DNA of 64,000 nucleotides from Epithemia pelagica (GCA_946965045.2 OX337233.1:3348001-3412000); one strand, 5' to 3'; positions 47,448 through 59,275 are shown, numbered from the stretch's first letter. Notes: generated from the sequence alone by a model not told the origin. Numbers and translations: made by a program.

Positions 47448-47584
47448 CTCTGATCAGATTCCTCAACGCCCTTGTTTTTCCTTCTTCACCATAACACGCC
47501 TCCGGCGGCCGACGTTTGTGCAATTCCTTTTGCCCGTCCTTTGATTCCTTTCCTTTCATTTTCTCACCATTGCATCTCTCCATC

Positions 47585-50500
47585 ATGGCAGACAACACTA
47601 ATGGGTTCATTACCCTTGTCGATGCACTCCGCTTCCAACGTCGCGTTGATGAGGCTCTGTCCTCCGATTCCTTCTCTTTGCTCAAGCTCAAAGATGACGA
47701 CGACAAGTATTACGCTAACCTCCTCCCATTTCGGGAGTCGACGGACGAAGATCCTCGCGATCTCTTTCTTTGGGTCCTCCACTTCGTGGACAAGATCCGC
47801 ATCTCCGGTCATCCGGACCCCTTCGCCGCTTGTTGCGAGTATTTCCCTCGCTCGGTCACCAGCGCTATCGCTGATCCCTTTCTCGAAGCCTACAACGGTT
47901 TGCCTCCAGGCACCAATCTCGATAAAGCCTGTTTCCAAGGTTTGATTGCTGCGGTCTTCGCCCCCCTTGTCCTTGTCAGTGAAGTTAGTGCTTTTCGCAC
48001 CTTCCTTCTTTCCGGGCCTCGAAAGCCCTCGGACATGACTGTGGATTCGCATTTGCAGTCTCTACGCAAGTTCTCTAATGGTCTCAAGTACCTCAGCTCT
48101 GACGCTGCAATCGTCCCCCTCACGGAAGACGAAATCAAACAAGCCTTTTACCAAGGCTCGCCGACTACATGGCGCACGGAATTTCAACAAGCCAATCCTT
48201 TGGTGCCGGACATTGTCAATCACTTTGACACGGATGCTCTCTTGCAAGCCATGCGTGGATACCAGCGCACCTCCAAGCAAAAGGCCCTCCTACGTGAGCA
48301 ACAACAAAATCGTTCGCAGTCTCGTCAAGACCGCTCTCGTCCTCGCGACTCCAACAACAGCGGCAATCGCGATCGTCGCGTGCGCTCTCGCCACTCTCGT
48401 GGTGGACTCCGCGGTGGCAATCGTGACTCCTCACGTGGCGGAAATCGCCTTGGCTCCTCCGACCGTAATGCCTCCTCTGGAGACAATCGTGGCGCCTCCG
48501 ATGGCAACTCCGATCCCTGTCCGTATCGGACCACGATGGAATCTCATCGCAACCATTCTTGGGCTGATTGCATTTATAATCCTACGGGTCGCAATTTCAA
48601 TCAAAGCCTTTTTGACGTCATGGTTCAACGTTCTACCCGTTCTACCAGTGGCGGCAACGCCGGAACCAATCCTCCTCAAAGTGGTGGTTCCTCCAATGGC
48701 AATAACAACCCGCGTGGTGGCTCTTCCGTTCCTCTGCGTGCCACTTGGGGCTCTCGTCCTTCTGCCCCAGGTCGTGGCAGTGATCAACACGCCTCTGACT
48801 CTGCTGGTGCCGGCAATGGATGGAATGCCGTTCCTGCCAATCCTCCTGCCGTAGCTCCTCCTCCAGGATGCGTTCCTACCATTCCTGTCGATGCCGAGGG
48901 AATCCAGCAGTGGAGCGATCTTCGCAATCCTGAAAAGACGGTCCCCGGTACGTCTCACCGTTCATCTTCCTTTTCATCGTCTCCTGACGATCCGACTCAT
49001 CACCTGGGCATTTTGTTCTCGCAGCAATGTCAGATCCAAACTGGCCCACCAACGGCTATGCCGGCAGCGCAATCCATCCCGATGCACCCATCAACGAGGT
49101 CATCGACCAGCTCAATAAAATCTATGGGCGCGGAATTGACATTTCCCACATCTACGACCTGTCCACTGAAGGAGGTCTCGCTGCTTACGCCCGCGTCTCT
49201 ATGTCGTGATGACGCTTTTATAAGCGAGGTGATTGATCCCAATAACGGTTACTTGGATAACCTAGAGTCTTATGATGAGTTCTACTCCCAATTTCCTTCA
49301 TCTAGTGATGTTCCTTCGTTCGATTCGCCTTCTCGGCCTGAATGCGTTCCACTCACCATCGTCATGGCTCGCCATATTGGCGGTGTTGAAAATACGCTTC
49401 CCTTGCGTGCCCTGCTCGACTCAGGCGCTGACAAGACGATTCTTCATTCACGTTGCCTTCAACCAGGCATGATACCGCGGTCCACCGACCGTTCCGTGAA
49501 CACGACCATGGGAACTCGTTCCGGTGTGTCCGAAATTCTCCTGGAAGACATTGTTCTCCCAGAGTTCTCACGAACCAAACACGTAACCTATCCCCTATGG
49601 GTCGACATCTATGATGCTCCCAACAGTCGCTATGATATCATCATCGGTCGCGATTTGCTTCGCCGTCTGGGCGTCCTTCTTGATTTCGATCGTGGGATCT
49701 CCTCGTGGGACTCCATTGAAGTCGCTATGCGCGACCGCGATTCATTCGCGACTGAACATGAGTTCGTCTCGCATTTCATCGATCTCTTCGCAGATGATGA
49801 CGTCCTCGGTGACGATTACCTGCTTGATTCAAATTACAAACAGGCAGATCTCGATGAGCTTCTTGCTCAACAGACCCATCTGACGCCCTCACAACAACAA
49901 GATCTTCTTGGTGTGTGGCTGAAATGCGGGCGCATCTTTGACGGCGTCCTGCGTGCCTATCCGGACAAAGAGTTGCATCTCGATCTCATGCCCGATGCCA
50001 AACCGGCTCATCATCGTCATTATGCGGTCCCTCGCAATATCCATGACACCTTTAAAAAGGAATTGTTTCGGTTTGTCGATATCGGCATTCTCGAACGAGT
50101 TGGCTCCACTGAGTGGGCCGCTCCTCATTTCGCCATTCCTAAAAAGGATGGACGAATCCGAATGATCTCGGACTTTCGTTTGCTTAATGCGCAAATGTAT
50201 CGCCGCGTCTATCCCTTTCCACGGATCGAAGATATCCTTCGACGACGCAAAGGCTACAAGTATTTTACAAAACTTGACATCTCTATGTGTTTTCACACTT
50301 TCAAACTCGACGAGTTTTCCAGCAATCTTTGCGTTATCACTACGCCTTTTGGCAAATTTCGCTATCGTCGTCTCCCTATGGGAGTTAAGCAATCCCCAGA
50401 CTTCTGTCAGGAGCTCATGGAAGAAGTCCTCGCTGACTTTCGCGATCACGTCGAGGTCTACATCGACGATATCGGCGTCTTTTCCGACAGTTGGGAAGAA

Positions 50501-52654
50501 CATGTCGAGATTCTCAACAAAGTCCTTCAACGTCTTCAAGACAAGAACTTTTCTATCACTCCTCACAAATGTGAATGGGCCGTGCAGGAAACCGACTTCC
50601 TTGGCCATTGGCTCACGCCTACAGGTCTACGACCATGGAAGAAAAAGATTTCCGCGATTCTGGCCTTATCGCCTCCTCGCACCATGAAAGAACTACGGTC
50701 CTTCATTGGCATGGTTAATTTCTATCGTCACATGTATCCTCAGCGATCCCATCACTTAGCTCCGCTAACAGCCTTGACCGGCAGGAAAACCTTTGAATGG
50801 TCCCCGCAATGTCAGACAGCCTTTGAAAACGTTAAAGCCATGCTTGCGCATGATGCGTTTATTCGCTATCCCGATCACAACATTCCTTTCCACGTCTTTG
50901 TGGACGCGTCTGACTATCAGCTCGGCGCTGTTATCATTCAGGAAAACATCCCTGTCGCGTATTTCTCACGCAAGCTCAACCCCGCTCAGCGGAATTACAC
51001 TACTATGGAAAAGGAGTTACTCTCCATCGTCGAAACCCTCAAGGAGTTCCGCTCCATGTTGCTTGGCTGTGCCGCCTTGCACATTCATACCGATCACAAA
51101 AATCTCACTTATTCCACTCTCAACTCCCAACGAGTCCTTCGTTGGCGTCTCTTTCTCGAAGAATACAATCCCATCTTTCATTATATTCCTGGCCAGGATA
51201 ACGTCATCGCCGACGCGTTGTCGCGTCTCCCTCTTTCAGAAGAGGAGGAGAAGAGTGTCCCTTCCAAGGTCCCTTCCGACGGTCCCTCGTCTGGACCACG
51301 ATCCCTTTTCGATCGTAGCGGCAAACACTCCGTGTTTCAGGTTCCTCGTGCGCCTAATGATGACCCCCGCTTAGCGTCTCGTGACGCGGATTCTCATGAA
51401 TCCCCTATTTTCATGGACGAAGAGTTGATCGATGTGTATCTTAATCATCCCGCCATTACGGCCAACCAACCCCTACCGGTTGACTATGCTACGATATTTC
51501 AGCATCAAGAAAACGATGTCGCCTTAATGGCGTTGGTCCAATCCAAACCTGACTACTATCATTTGCAACCCTTTCCTACGGAAAATCCACAATACAACCT
51601 TGTCTGTTATCGACAATCGGTTAATGCCCTCTGGCGCATTCGCATTCCTGACTCGCTTCTCGCGCATACAGTCAACTGGTATCATCTCGTGCTTAACCAC
51701 GCTGGTTCCACGCGACTCCGCGATACTATCGCCATGCACATGACGCATCCCCAATTGGGACTCTACTGCGATCAAGCTGTTTCCAGCTGTCCGACCTGTC
51801 AACGGTCGAAGGTCGTTCATCGACATTACGGAGAATTGCCTCCTCGTGAGGTCCGTGGTAATCCCTGGTCCGACATTGCCGTCGATCTTATCGGCCCCTG
51901 GACAGTCAAAGTCCATGGCATGGCCCTGACCTTTCAGGCTCTAACGGTCATTGACACTGTCACCAATTTTTGCGAGATTATCCGCATATACGATAAAACC
52001 GCTCGACATGTTGGTCTCCAACTCGAGAATTCATGGCTTTCACGCTATCCTCGCCCTGTTCGTTGCCTTTTTGATCAAGGCGGCGAGTTCATCGGCCATG
52101 CGTTTACGCAAGTGCTTCGCAATCATGGTATCAAACCAGTGCCCCTAACGGTCAAAAATCCACAATCCAATGCCCTATGTGAACGTCTTCATCTGACGAT
52201 TGGCAATTCATTACGCGCTATCGTTAACTACGAGCCGCCGCAAAACATTGATCAGGCCGCTCTTATGGTCGACACTGCTCTGCAAACCGCTGCATACTCT
52301 GCACGCACTGCCATCCACGGCAGCCTCAAACATTCTCCCGGCAGTCTTGCATTCCACCGCGACATGCTGTTCGACATTCCCATCCTTGCGGACATGGAAT
52401 TGATTCGTCAAAAACGCCAAATCATCGTTGACGAACGAGCTCGACTCGCAAATCGCTCTCGCGTCTTTCATGATTACAAGATTGGAGATCGCGTGCTCAT
52501 CCGCGCCACCAATCCGGACAAATTGGCACTTCGTACCAGTCCCAATCCTTTCACTATCACGCGTGTCCATTCCAATGGCACCGTGACCATTCAACGTGGT
52601 CCCCACGTTACCGAGCGCATCAATATCAGGCGTCTCATCCCTTACCGTGTGTGA
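47585..52654 (+). CDS. Gypsy Gag-Pol polyprotein, single intact ORF
   Basis: ATG 47585; protease LLDSGAD; RT LDIS...YIDD; RNase H VDASD, EKEL, TDHKNL, ADALSR; integrase H..LNH...CPTC, VDLIGP, FDQGGEF, ALCERL; PR-RT-RH-IN order; no chromodomain seen. Confidence 0.96.
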   Translation: MADNTNGFITLVDALRFQRRVDEALSSDSFSLLKLKDDDDKYYANLLPFRESTDEDPRDLFLWVLHFVDKIRISGHPDPFAACCEYFPRSVTSAIADPFLEAYNGLPPGTNLDKACFQGLIAAVFAPLVLVSEVSAFRTFLLSGPRKPSDMTVDSHLQSLRKFSNGLKYLSSDAAIVPLTEDEIKQAFYQGSPTTWRTEFQQANPLVPDIVNHFDTDALLQAMRGYQRTSKQKALLREQQQNRSQSRQDRSRPRDSNNSGNRDRRVRSRHSRGGLRGGNRDSSRGGNRLGSSDRNASSGDNRGASDGNSDPCPYRTTMESHRNHSWADCIYNPTGRNFNQSLFDVMVQRSTRSTSGGNAGTNPPQSGGSSNGNNNPRGGSSVPLRATWGSRPSAPGRGSDQHASDSAGAGNGWNAVPANPPAVAPPPGCVPTIPVDAEGIQQWSDLRNPEKTVPGTSHRSSSFSSSPDDPTHHLGILFSQQCQIQTGPPTAMPAAQSIPMHPSTRSSTSSIKSMGAELTFPTSTTCPLKEVSLLTPASLCRDDAFISEVIDPNNGYLDNLESYDEFYSQFPSSSDVPSFDSPSRPECVPLTIVMARHIGGVENTLPLRALLDSGADKTILHSRCLQPGMIPRSTDRSVNTTMGTRSGVSEILLEDIVLPEFSRTKHVTYPLWVDIYDAPNSRYDIIIGRDLLRRLGVLLDFDRGISSWDSIEVAMRDRDSFATEHEFVSHFIDLFADDDVLGDDYLLDSNYKQADLDELLAQQTHLTPSQQQDLLGVWLKCGRIFDGVLRAYPDKELHLDLMPDAKPAHHRHYAVPRNIHDTFKKELFRFVDIGILERVGSTEWAAPHFAIPKKDGRIRMISDFRLLNAQMYRRVYPFPRIEDILRRRKGYKYFTKLDISMCFHTFKLDEFSSNLCVITTPFGKFRYRRLPMGVKQSPDFCQELMEEVLADFRDHVEVYIDDIGVFSDSWEEHVEILNKVLQRLQDKNFSITPHKCEWAVQETDFLGHWLTPTGLRPWKKKISAILALSPPRTMKELRSFIGMVNFYRHMYPQRSHHLAPLTALTGRKTFEWSPQCQTAFENVKAMLAHDAFIRYPDHNIPFHVFVDASDYQLGAVIIQENIPVAYFSRKLNPAQRNYTTMEKELLSIVETLKEFRSMLLGCAALHIHTDHKNLTYSTLNSQRVLRWRLFLEEYNPIFHYIPGQDNVIADALSRLPLSEEEEKSVPSKVPSDGPSSGPRSLFDRSGKHSVFQVPRAPNDDPRLASRDADSHESPIFMDEELIDVYLNHPAITANQPLPVDYATIFQHQENDVALMALVQSKPDYYHLQPFPTENPQYNLVCYRQSVNALWRIRIPDSLLAHTVNWYHLVLNHAGSTRLRDTIAMHMTHPQLGLYCDQAVSSCPTCQRSKVVHRHYGELPPREVRGNPWSDIAVDLIGPWTVKVHGMALTFQALTVIDTVTNFCEIIRIYDKTARHVGLQLENSWLSRYPRPVRCLFDQGGEFIGHAFTQVLRNHGIKPVPLTVKNPQSNALCERLHLTIGNSLRAIVNYEPPQNIDQAALMVDTALQTAAYSARTAIHGSLKHSPGSLAFHRDMLFDIPILADMELIRQKRQIIVDERARLANRSRVFHDYKIGDRVLIRATNPDKLALRTSPNPFTITRVHSNGTVTIQRGPHVTERINIRRLIPYRV

Positions 52655-52741
52655 CATGGGTTTTACTGCCGTTGGCCTCTGGCCATCAAGCTTTCCCATG
52701 GCCCGCTCGAACTTCCTAGGTCCGACCAGGGAGAGGTAGAG

Positions 52742-52954
52742 TGCGGTACCCGGACTCTGTCCCGCCACGACTCCACGTAAACATGACTCGATAGGTCCCT
52801 AGTTGAATCTGTGACATCTTTGACACCGACGTTCTCAGAATTCAGTCCGTCCTTGTCCCGTGTGCAGATGGCTTCTCTGGCCATCGCTCACTTTCCTAGC
52901 CTAATTCCTAAAGATCACAATTTTTACGTCCTACCATTATGTATGGGTATGGCA
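52742..52954 (+). repeat. Gypsy 3' LTR (213 bp)
   Basis: Direct repeat of 47235-47447. Confidence 0.95.
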
Positions 52955-53020
52955 GCCATTTGCCATTGTACAAGTATTGTATGATATCTAACGTGGACCC
53001 ATTCTCTTCTCTTGTCCACA

Positions 53021-54469
53021 ATGACGAGAATTAAGAGGAAGTACACGTCGACAATCCCAACGTTGGGCGAGGGAATTCCCCGGCTGAAGAGACTCGTCTC
53101 GGAGACGGGCCCTTCCATCCCTACGGACGAGGAACATGAGAAAGTTGCGTTTCGCGTGCGCGACTTTGGGCTGTTAGGGCAGGAGACGTTCAGCGAAATC
53201 AAGGACTTTCGCACGAAGCTGGAGGTGATAGACGGGCGAATTACGTACGTCACAGAGAACGACATTGCTTTAACCGTTCGGAGCTTCGTTGCATCGATCG
53301 TCGATGCGCTTGGTCTAAGCGGCGATATCAAGGTCTACACCGAGATTGGCGTGTTTAAGCTTCGTCCAGACTTGTGGGTCGTGACTCTTCATGCAATGCC
53401 TATCGGTGTCATTGAAGTAAAAAAACCAGACATTTTGGGAAACGAAACTGCTCTGGACCACCCAAACGTACTCGGAGAACTATACGACTTCATGAAGCAC
53501 CTGCCCAACTTTTATGGCGTATCCCCTGCATTTGGAATTGTAACGAATCTCAACGCGTGGCGTATCGCCTGGTTCCCAGACGCCGAAACGGACCGTTTTG
53601 CTGCGGAGGAAGAGGAGGTAGAAGAAGACCATGTCGATGCGCTTATCTCGCAAGTTCCTAGTGATAGCGTACTGTCTATCGCCTCGCACCAAATCGATAA
53701 TGATGGCAAGGATGACGATGTTGACGGCGATGATGTGAAGTGCACGGCCGACGAAAAACCCACCGATCGGGTATTGCATGTCTCAAGAATCTTTCACAAG
53801 AATGAAAACGATAGCGTCGCCGTCAAAGCTATTGCGGCTGCTCTTCTGAAAATGTCGAAAGCCGAAAGGCGGCCGTACGGCGATCCTTTTCAAGATCTTG
53901 ACAAGCGCTCGTTACTGAAATTCGAGAAAGGAGACAACGCGTCTGTGTTTTGGACTCGTCTGACGCTTACCAATGGTCCCCAATGGGACAGAGTAGCTAA
54001 CCCCAAGAGATGGCTCATCGCAATAGATGACCTTGGATATGGAGCCCACGGACGAGTTTGGTTGTGTTGCTCGAGCGGTGGCGCAGTCTGTGTGTTGAAG
54101 TTCGCACTCGATGGAAATGCGGCATCGCTAGATAAAGAAAAGGAAGTTTGGCAGAAAGTGTACCCTGCACAAATCAAAGTTCATCGGGAGAACTGGTGTG
54201 GTGAGCCCGCCCTTCGAATGCCACACTTTGCGAAAGTTGCGGAAGCCGACCGAAACGACTTTGTCCCACAGGTAAAGGCAACCTTAATGGCTAACTTTCA
54301 CAACAGAGGCATTGTTCATAAAGATGTGTCTTGGAGAAACATTGGGCAGTACGTAACAATCGCTGGCACCCCGAAGGCCATAGTCTTCGACATGGGGAGT
54401 GTGAGAGATCTGCAAGACGGTGAGGGAGAAGAATGGGTAACGGAGGCCTGCGACAAATTGATAGAGTAA
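53021..54469 (+). CDS. REase-like + kinase protein, unit 4
   Basis: Intact copy; ATG 61 bp after the Gypsy TSD. Confidence 0.8.
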   Translation: MTRIKRKYTSTIPTLGEGIPRLKRLVSETGPSIPTDEEHEKVAFRVRDFGLLGQETFSEIKDFRTKLEVIDGRITYVTENDIALTVRSFVASIVDALGLSGDIKVYTEIGVFKLRPDLWVVTLHAMPIGVIEVKKPDILGNETALDHPNVLGELYDFMKHLPNFYGVSPAFGIVTNLNAWRIAWFPDAETDRFAAEEEEVEEDHVDALISQVPSDSVLSIASHQIDNDGKDDDVDGDDVKCTADEKPTDRVLHVSRIFHKNENDSVAVKAIAAALLKMSKAERRPYGDPFQDLDKRSLLKFEKGDNASVFWTRLTLTNGPQWDRVANPKRWLIAIDDLGYGAHGRVWLCCSSGGAVCVLKFALDGNAASLDKEKEVWQKVYPAQIKVHRENWCGEPALRMPHFAKVAEADRNDFVPQVKATLMANFHNRGIVHKDVSWRNIGQYVTIAGTPKAIVFDMGSVRDLQDGEGEEWVTEACDKLIE

Positions 54470-54926
54470 CACGGACTTTGATTTCGGTACGATTCGGTTC
54501 AATATCCCAGTCACGTTCCCATTTCAGAGCAGTCACAAAACTTGATTGAGAGTATGTTGCATTCGGATCCCAAACAGCGACCGTCGTTGGAGTAAGTTGC
54601 CAATCATCCATTCTTGTTTCATCGTTGCATCCCACAGTCGGCGCCATTGATGGCGTTACAAGCACCACCGACCTGGACGTTTGACGATCGTAAGTTTCTT
54701 TAATAGCATGATCGGGTTGCTTCAGTTCCTCTCATCTCACCCGCTCTCCTTCTAGATGTTCGCCGATATTGTCGGACTCACTGCATGGAGTTCAGCCCGA
54801 GAGCCCAAACAAGTTTTTCTTTTATCGGAGACAATCTATCAAGAGTTTGACCCCATGTGAGTACAACATGTATGCATAGGCCCTCACCTTCATGATATTT
54901 CAACAGCTCACACAGTTGGTGGATTT

Positions 54927-55333
54927 TGATCCAAAATATCCGGTTCCCTTCCATGTCAAGATTCAGGTTGGGTGTCGCGGCGAGATGGAATGGTCTTGAG
55001 ACAGGAGTCTGTGTCTCTTTTGCTTTGCCTAGGGTACTACCTAGTTACGACGGGGTTCAAGCGTCACGGTTTTGGAACCGAAGGGAAGGTCCCATCCGGA
55101 GATATGGCGTACACGATGACCAACAAACTTGTGCATGCTCCCTCGATGAGAGAGGCACAACCGAGACAGAGTCCAAAGGAACGGAAACGAGGATAGCCAT
55201 GTTGTAGACGACTATAAAATACAGGTGCATGGATCAAAAAGTATCTAGTAGACCTATTGTCATTGTCGCTTCTCTCATAGACACCAAAAACCCTGAGCTG
55301 CAATATGAAGCAATGCCAGAGTTGGAACTCCAG
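54927..55333 (-). repeat. Right inverted-repeat arm, unit 4 (left arm deleted)
   Basis: Copy of 9123-9529 at offset 45804. Confidence 0.85.
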
Positions 55334-56003
55334 GCAGCGTTGGATTTTGAAATAGAAATAGAAATGAGAAGGTCTATGCAACGGATCTAAAAGCTATACC
55401 ATATAATATCGATTGCCACATAACTGGAAAAGGGGCCCCCTCTTTTTCTCTTCGTCTCTCCCCGAGACAGACTCCCACATTTTTGTCAAACACTCCACAA
55501 AAAAAAAAAAGCGACGCGTCTAGATGTCTATCATATGTAATAGACGATGGACTTGAAGTTTCACATGCTTGCCTCTCTAGACCACCCTTAATAGTCCCAT
55601 CCATCCTTCTATTATCCATCCTTCTATTATTCGAAAAAGGTTGTTGATTGAACATCCATCGTGGCCAAAGTGCACCAGCATTAAGAAATTGGAGTTTGTG
55701 TTTTGACGAATCAATCACGCATATCTCGTTTGTGTTTGCTACGTTTGAGAGAGTGAAGAAAAGCCAAACACACCCGAACGAGAAATCACTGCTTGCCATC
55801 ACGACAGTCACATCTATTTACAAAACCAAGTATAAAGACCTTAGACTCTACCTCTGCGATTGACACACCCACTCTCCCCCAGACTTGTGAACTTTCTCCT
55901 CTCTCCATTGATTTTCATTGAACGAAACCATTACAGAATGAAGGCTTTGGGTGTGACTCCAAAACCAGTTGGAAAGGACGACACACTCTAATTGTCGTCC
56001 GCC

Positions 56004-57121
56004 ATGGACTCGCAATTGGATTTGACGGCCTCTTCGTCATCCGAACTCTTTGTTGCTTCTCGATCGGAATTTCAACAAGTGGTGCAAAAGTACAAGGCCA
56101 TTTTGGATATACCTCGCAACGAAACCGATGGTACCTTGAATGAAACCGAAGCCTTGGCACGCATTGAAGACCTGTTCGATCCTGACTTTGTCCGTCATAG
56201 CGAAGGTGATACGGACGCCAATTTGTGTGATTTCAAGGCCGAATTGTTGCAATTGGGTCGTTATCCGTCTTTGCATTTCAAATTGTTTCGATACAAACAA
56301 GTGGCGGCCGGCATTATGGATTATTATTTGCGCTTTTCGACGCAAGACAAGCAATTTGTCATCAAGGGTCTGGCCTACTTTCGCAAGGCTCGAATTTACA
56401 AGACCGAAGTCACACGGACGGCCTACGATAAAGTGTCGGGACAAAAATCGGCCACCCAAGAAACGCCCCTGACCCGAGACCGGACCGAACGACAATTTGG
56501 CTGTCGCATTTATGAATTGCCGTCCATGGTTCATGGACAATTGTTGGGGGTCGGTGGTAACATGTTGCCCGTCGAAGAAAAGTATGAACTCTTGCGCATC
56601 TTTTTGGTCTACGATAACAAACAACATCCAACTGACAATGACAGTGGTGTTCGCAATAGCAGTGGTGGTGGTGGTGGTTGGAACAAAATGTTGAATTTCT
56701 GGCGAGACCAGTATTCGTTGCGACTGGTGGACAGTAAAGATCAACCTTACGTCAAGGGTGCCAGTATTACCTTTTCGCGACGTGCCTGTGGATCTCGACG
56801 CATGATTTTGTGGAACGAGCGTAAGGAACCTCTGGCCTTGGCCTATCGACACAAGAAGCACGGATTTTGGAGTATTTGTGGAACACGGCCCTTGATTCCC
56901 GGTCCTCATCACTATTCGGAACCCAAATTAGAAGATGTGGGAGAGTCCAATGTCGTGGCCTTTTATCCCTGGTTTCGCATCAAGTTGGTCCACATCGTCG
57001 ACTCACACAACTTATTCACAAAGAAAAAGAAGCGAGGCGCGTTCAAGTCGATGTCGCTCCGGGAGTGGATCCGGCCTTGATTCTGTGTATTGCCTCGTGT
57101 TTGGAAATGATGGAACTCTAG
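56004..57121 (+). pseudogene. LURP-one-like gene, unit 4, frameshifting internal deletion
   Basis: 283-bp deletion between TCCACA direct repeats (11186 and 11469 in unit 1 coordinates). Confidence 0.8.
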
Positions 57122-57758
57122 TACTCTCCTCTGAGTACAGTGGACCAAAAATCAAACGTACGCCGCCACAGGCTACAAGGTTGCTTTGTCTCCTCTCCCA
57201 GTTCTAAACCCCATTCAATCATGAAGCTGCTTCGAACACAGTAGCAAATTGAGCAATTCACACGACCAACATGCTCTTTTGCATGTCTGTGATACACTTA
57301 AAATGAAATGGCCTCACACATTTCGAGATCTGTTGGACACCTTGGGATCTGTTGGAGAGGAAGAAATCCTAACTGAAGCAGTATACCCTCTAGACAAGCG
57401 TGGATATCGCCCTTTGCACAGTATACAACGGATAATGTTAGTAGTCGCCTCAGAGGGGATCATTCCCCCTGACCGGAAACTTTGTCACCGAGATTACTCT
57501 TCCTCCAAGGCCTCTATCTCTTCCTTTCGTATAGTGTAGACAATCGTAGAGAATGAGAGACACATCGTTTGGTCGGCCGGCTCCCAAACCAAAAATACCT
57601 ACGGTAGAATAAGGAAGAAAAAACGAGATAGATGACTTTATCTTATGCCATGAGCAGTGTTCTATTCGTAGTGGGGCCTTCTCGAGAGCAATCATACGAG
57701 CAAAACATGCACTGTTCTTGTCCACAAGACACCCAACGTAATGAAACTTCCACATACA

Positions 57759-58958
57759 CTATTCATATTGTTTTGGCCGAGTAGGGGCCTTGCCGAGAGT
57801 CAACATACGAGCAAAACATACACTGTTCTTGTCCACAAGAGGAAGCGTTTCAACCACATTTTCCTCTTCACAGCATGCAAAAGTTGCAATGCCATTCGAA
57901 ATGGCAATCACGCTACACATGAACCGTCCAACCCTTAGTTCTGGGAGCTGCCATACCAGGTTCCGTTGCGTGTCCAAAACTTCCACAGAACGCATGTACT
58001 CGTCTTCATCTCCTTCTCCACCAACCACAACGAGACAAGATCCGACTCGGACCATACCATGACCATGTCGAGCATTGCCAAGAACCAGATCCTTGTGCAT
58101 CTTCCAGAACTGGTTTGTGAACGGGAGTGCTGATGTTGCATTTTGGGGTCCTTTGTTTTTGCTCCAGTCATTAAATTCGAGGTACTCCACAGAGTCCATG
58201 TAGTCGAGCTCTTCTCCACCCATTCCGCCTACCACATAGACACGTTGACCAACCACACCCATTCCAAAGTCCCTTCGAGCCACATTCAATGGTGGCCCGG
58301 ATATAATGACGCATTGACTTTCGGAGCAGGTGTCGAGAATATCGACAGATGCGAGAGCCTTTTCAACAGCACTTCCACCCGCCACAACAATGAATCTGTC
58401 CTGTACAACGGCTGCGGCGTGTCCCCATTTTCTGCTGGACAAGCGACACTCTAAAGTCTTCCAGCATTTGATCGTGCCATTTTTGTTGGACCGTTGCAAA
58501 TCATTGATGTCAATCTTTTCAATCGTATCCAAAACTTGGTGGCCATTTCAAGTGTCTGCGGTTTGTTGTCCACCAATGGCGTACAAAGATCCATTGCACA
58601 CCACAGCTGCAGCGTAATGTCTATTTTCGTTCATGGACGGAGCTTCTCGCCAGGCCATTGGAGTCGTTTCATCATCATCATCATGGTCCAGTAGATTCAC
58701 CCAAAGAACCCCATAGGTGAAAGTCAATTCATTCCGCCAACAACCTCCCATTACAACCAAGATCCGTCCTTGATTCTTATTGTCGGGGCGATGGATCACA
58801 ACCGATGCATGTCCGTCGCCCAAATCGATTGGCAAGGGAGGCCATGGAGCTGTCCGCCAGGGTGTTGCGTCGTCTTGTTCTTCTTCTCCTGGATTATTGC
58901 TGTGGAGGTTTGTAAAAACCAGTCCAGACATCTGCGCTTCTTGTTGGACGTTGTTCAT
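57759..58958 (-). pseudogene. Kelch protein 1 with in-frame TGA, unit 4
   Basis: Same stop at 58548-58550. Confidence 0.8.
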
Positions 58959-59275
58959 GGTGTTGTTCCGCTTGTCGCGTTCTTCGTTCTCGGTTGCTTC
59001 TATGGCAACATGCCTGAGTGGTTTTATAAATTTTGTGATAAAAAAGATACCCTCCCCTACAACAAAGATTCGGAAAGATATGGACTCTATGTTAGCTGAG
59101 ATCCAATCTGACTATGGAGGTTAACACACCCACACCATAGTCGGAGCATGTATCCACAAGAATTATAGTACTCCTATTCATTATTCATCTTATTACAGAG
59201 AGACTGTGTTCAACTTATTACAGAGAGACTGTGTGGTCGACGGGCAAGGAACGGAGTGGAAATCTCTCTCCTCGA

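Larger units (their letters stand above)
47235..52954 (+). mobile_element. Ty3/Gypsy LTR retrotransposon, full length (5720 bp), unit 4
   Basis: TGC...GCA termini; 5-bp TSD GCCAT (47230-47234 / 52955-52959); empty site in units 1-3; PPT AGGGAGAGGTAGAG at 52728-52741. Confidence 0.97.

Noticed and set aside
47448-47465. Tf1-like self-priming for the Gypsy elements
   Set aside because: No sequence complementary to the post-LTR segment was found in either Gypsy LTR.
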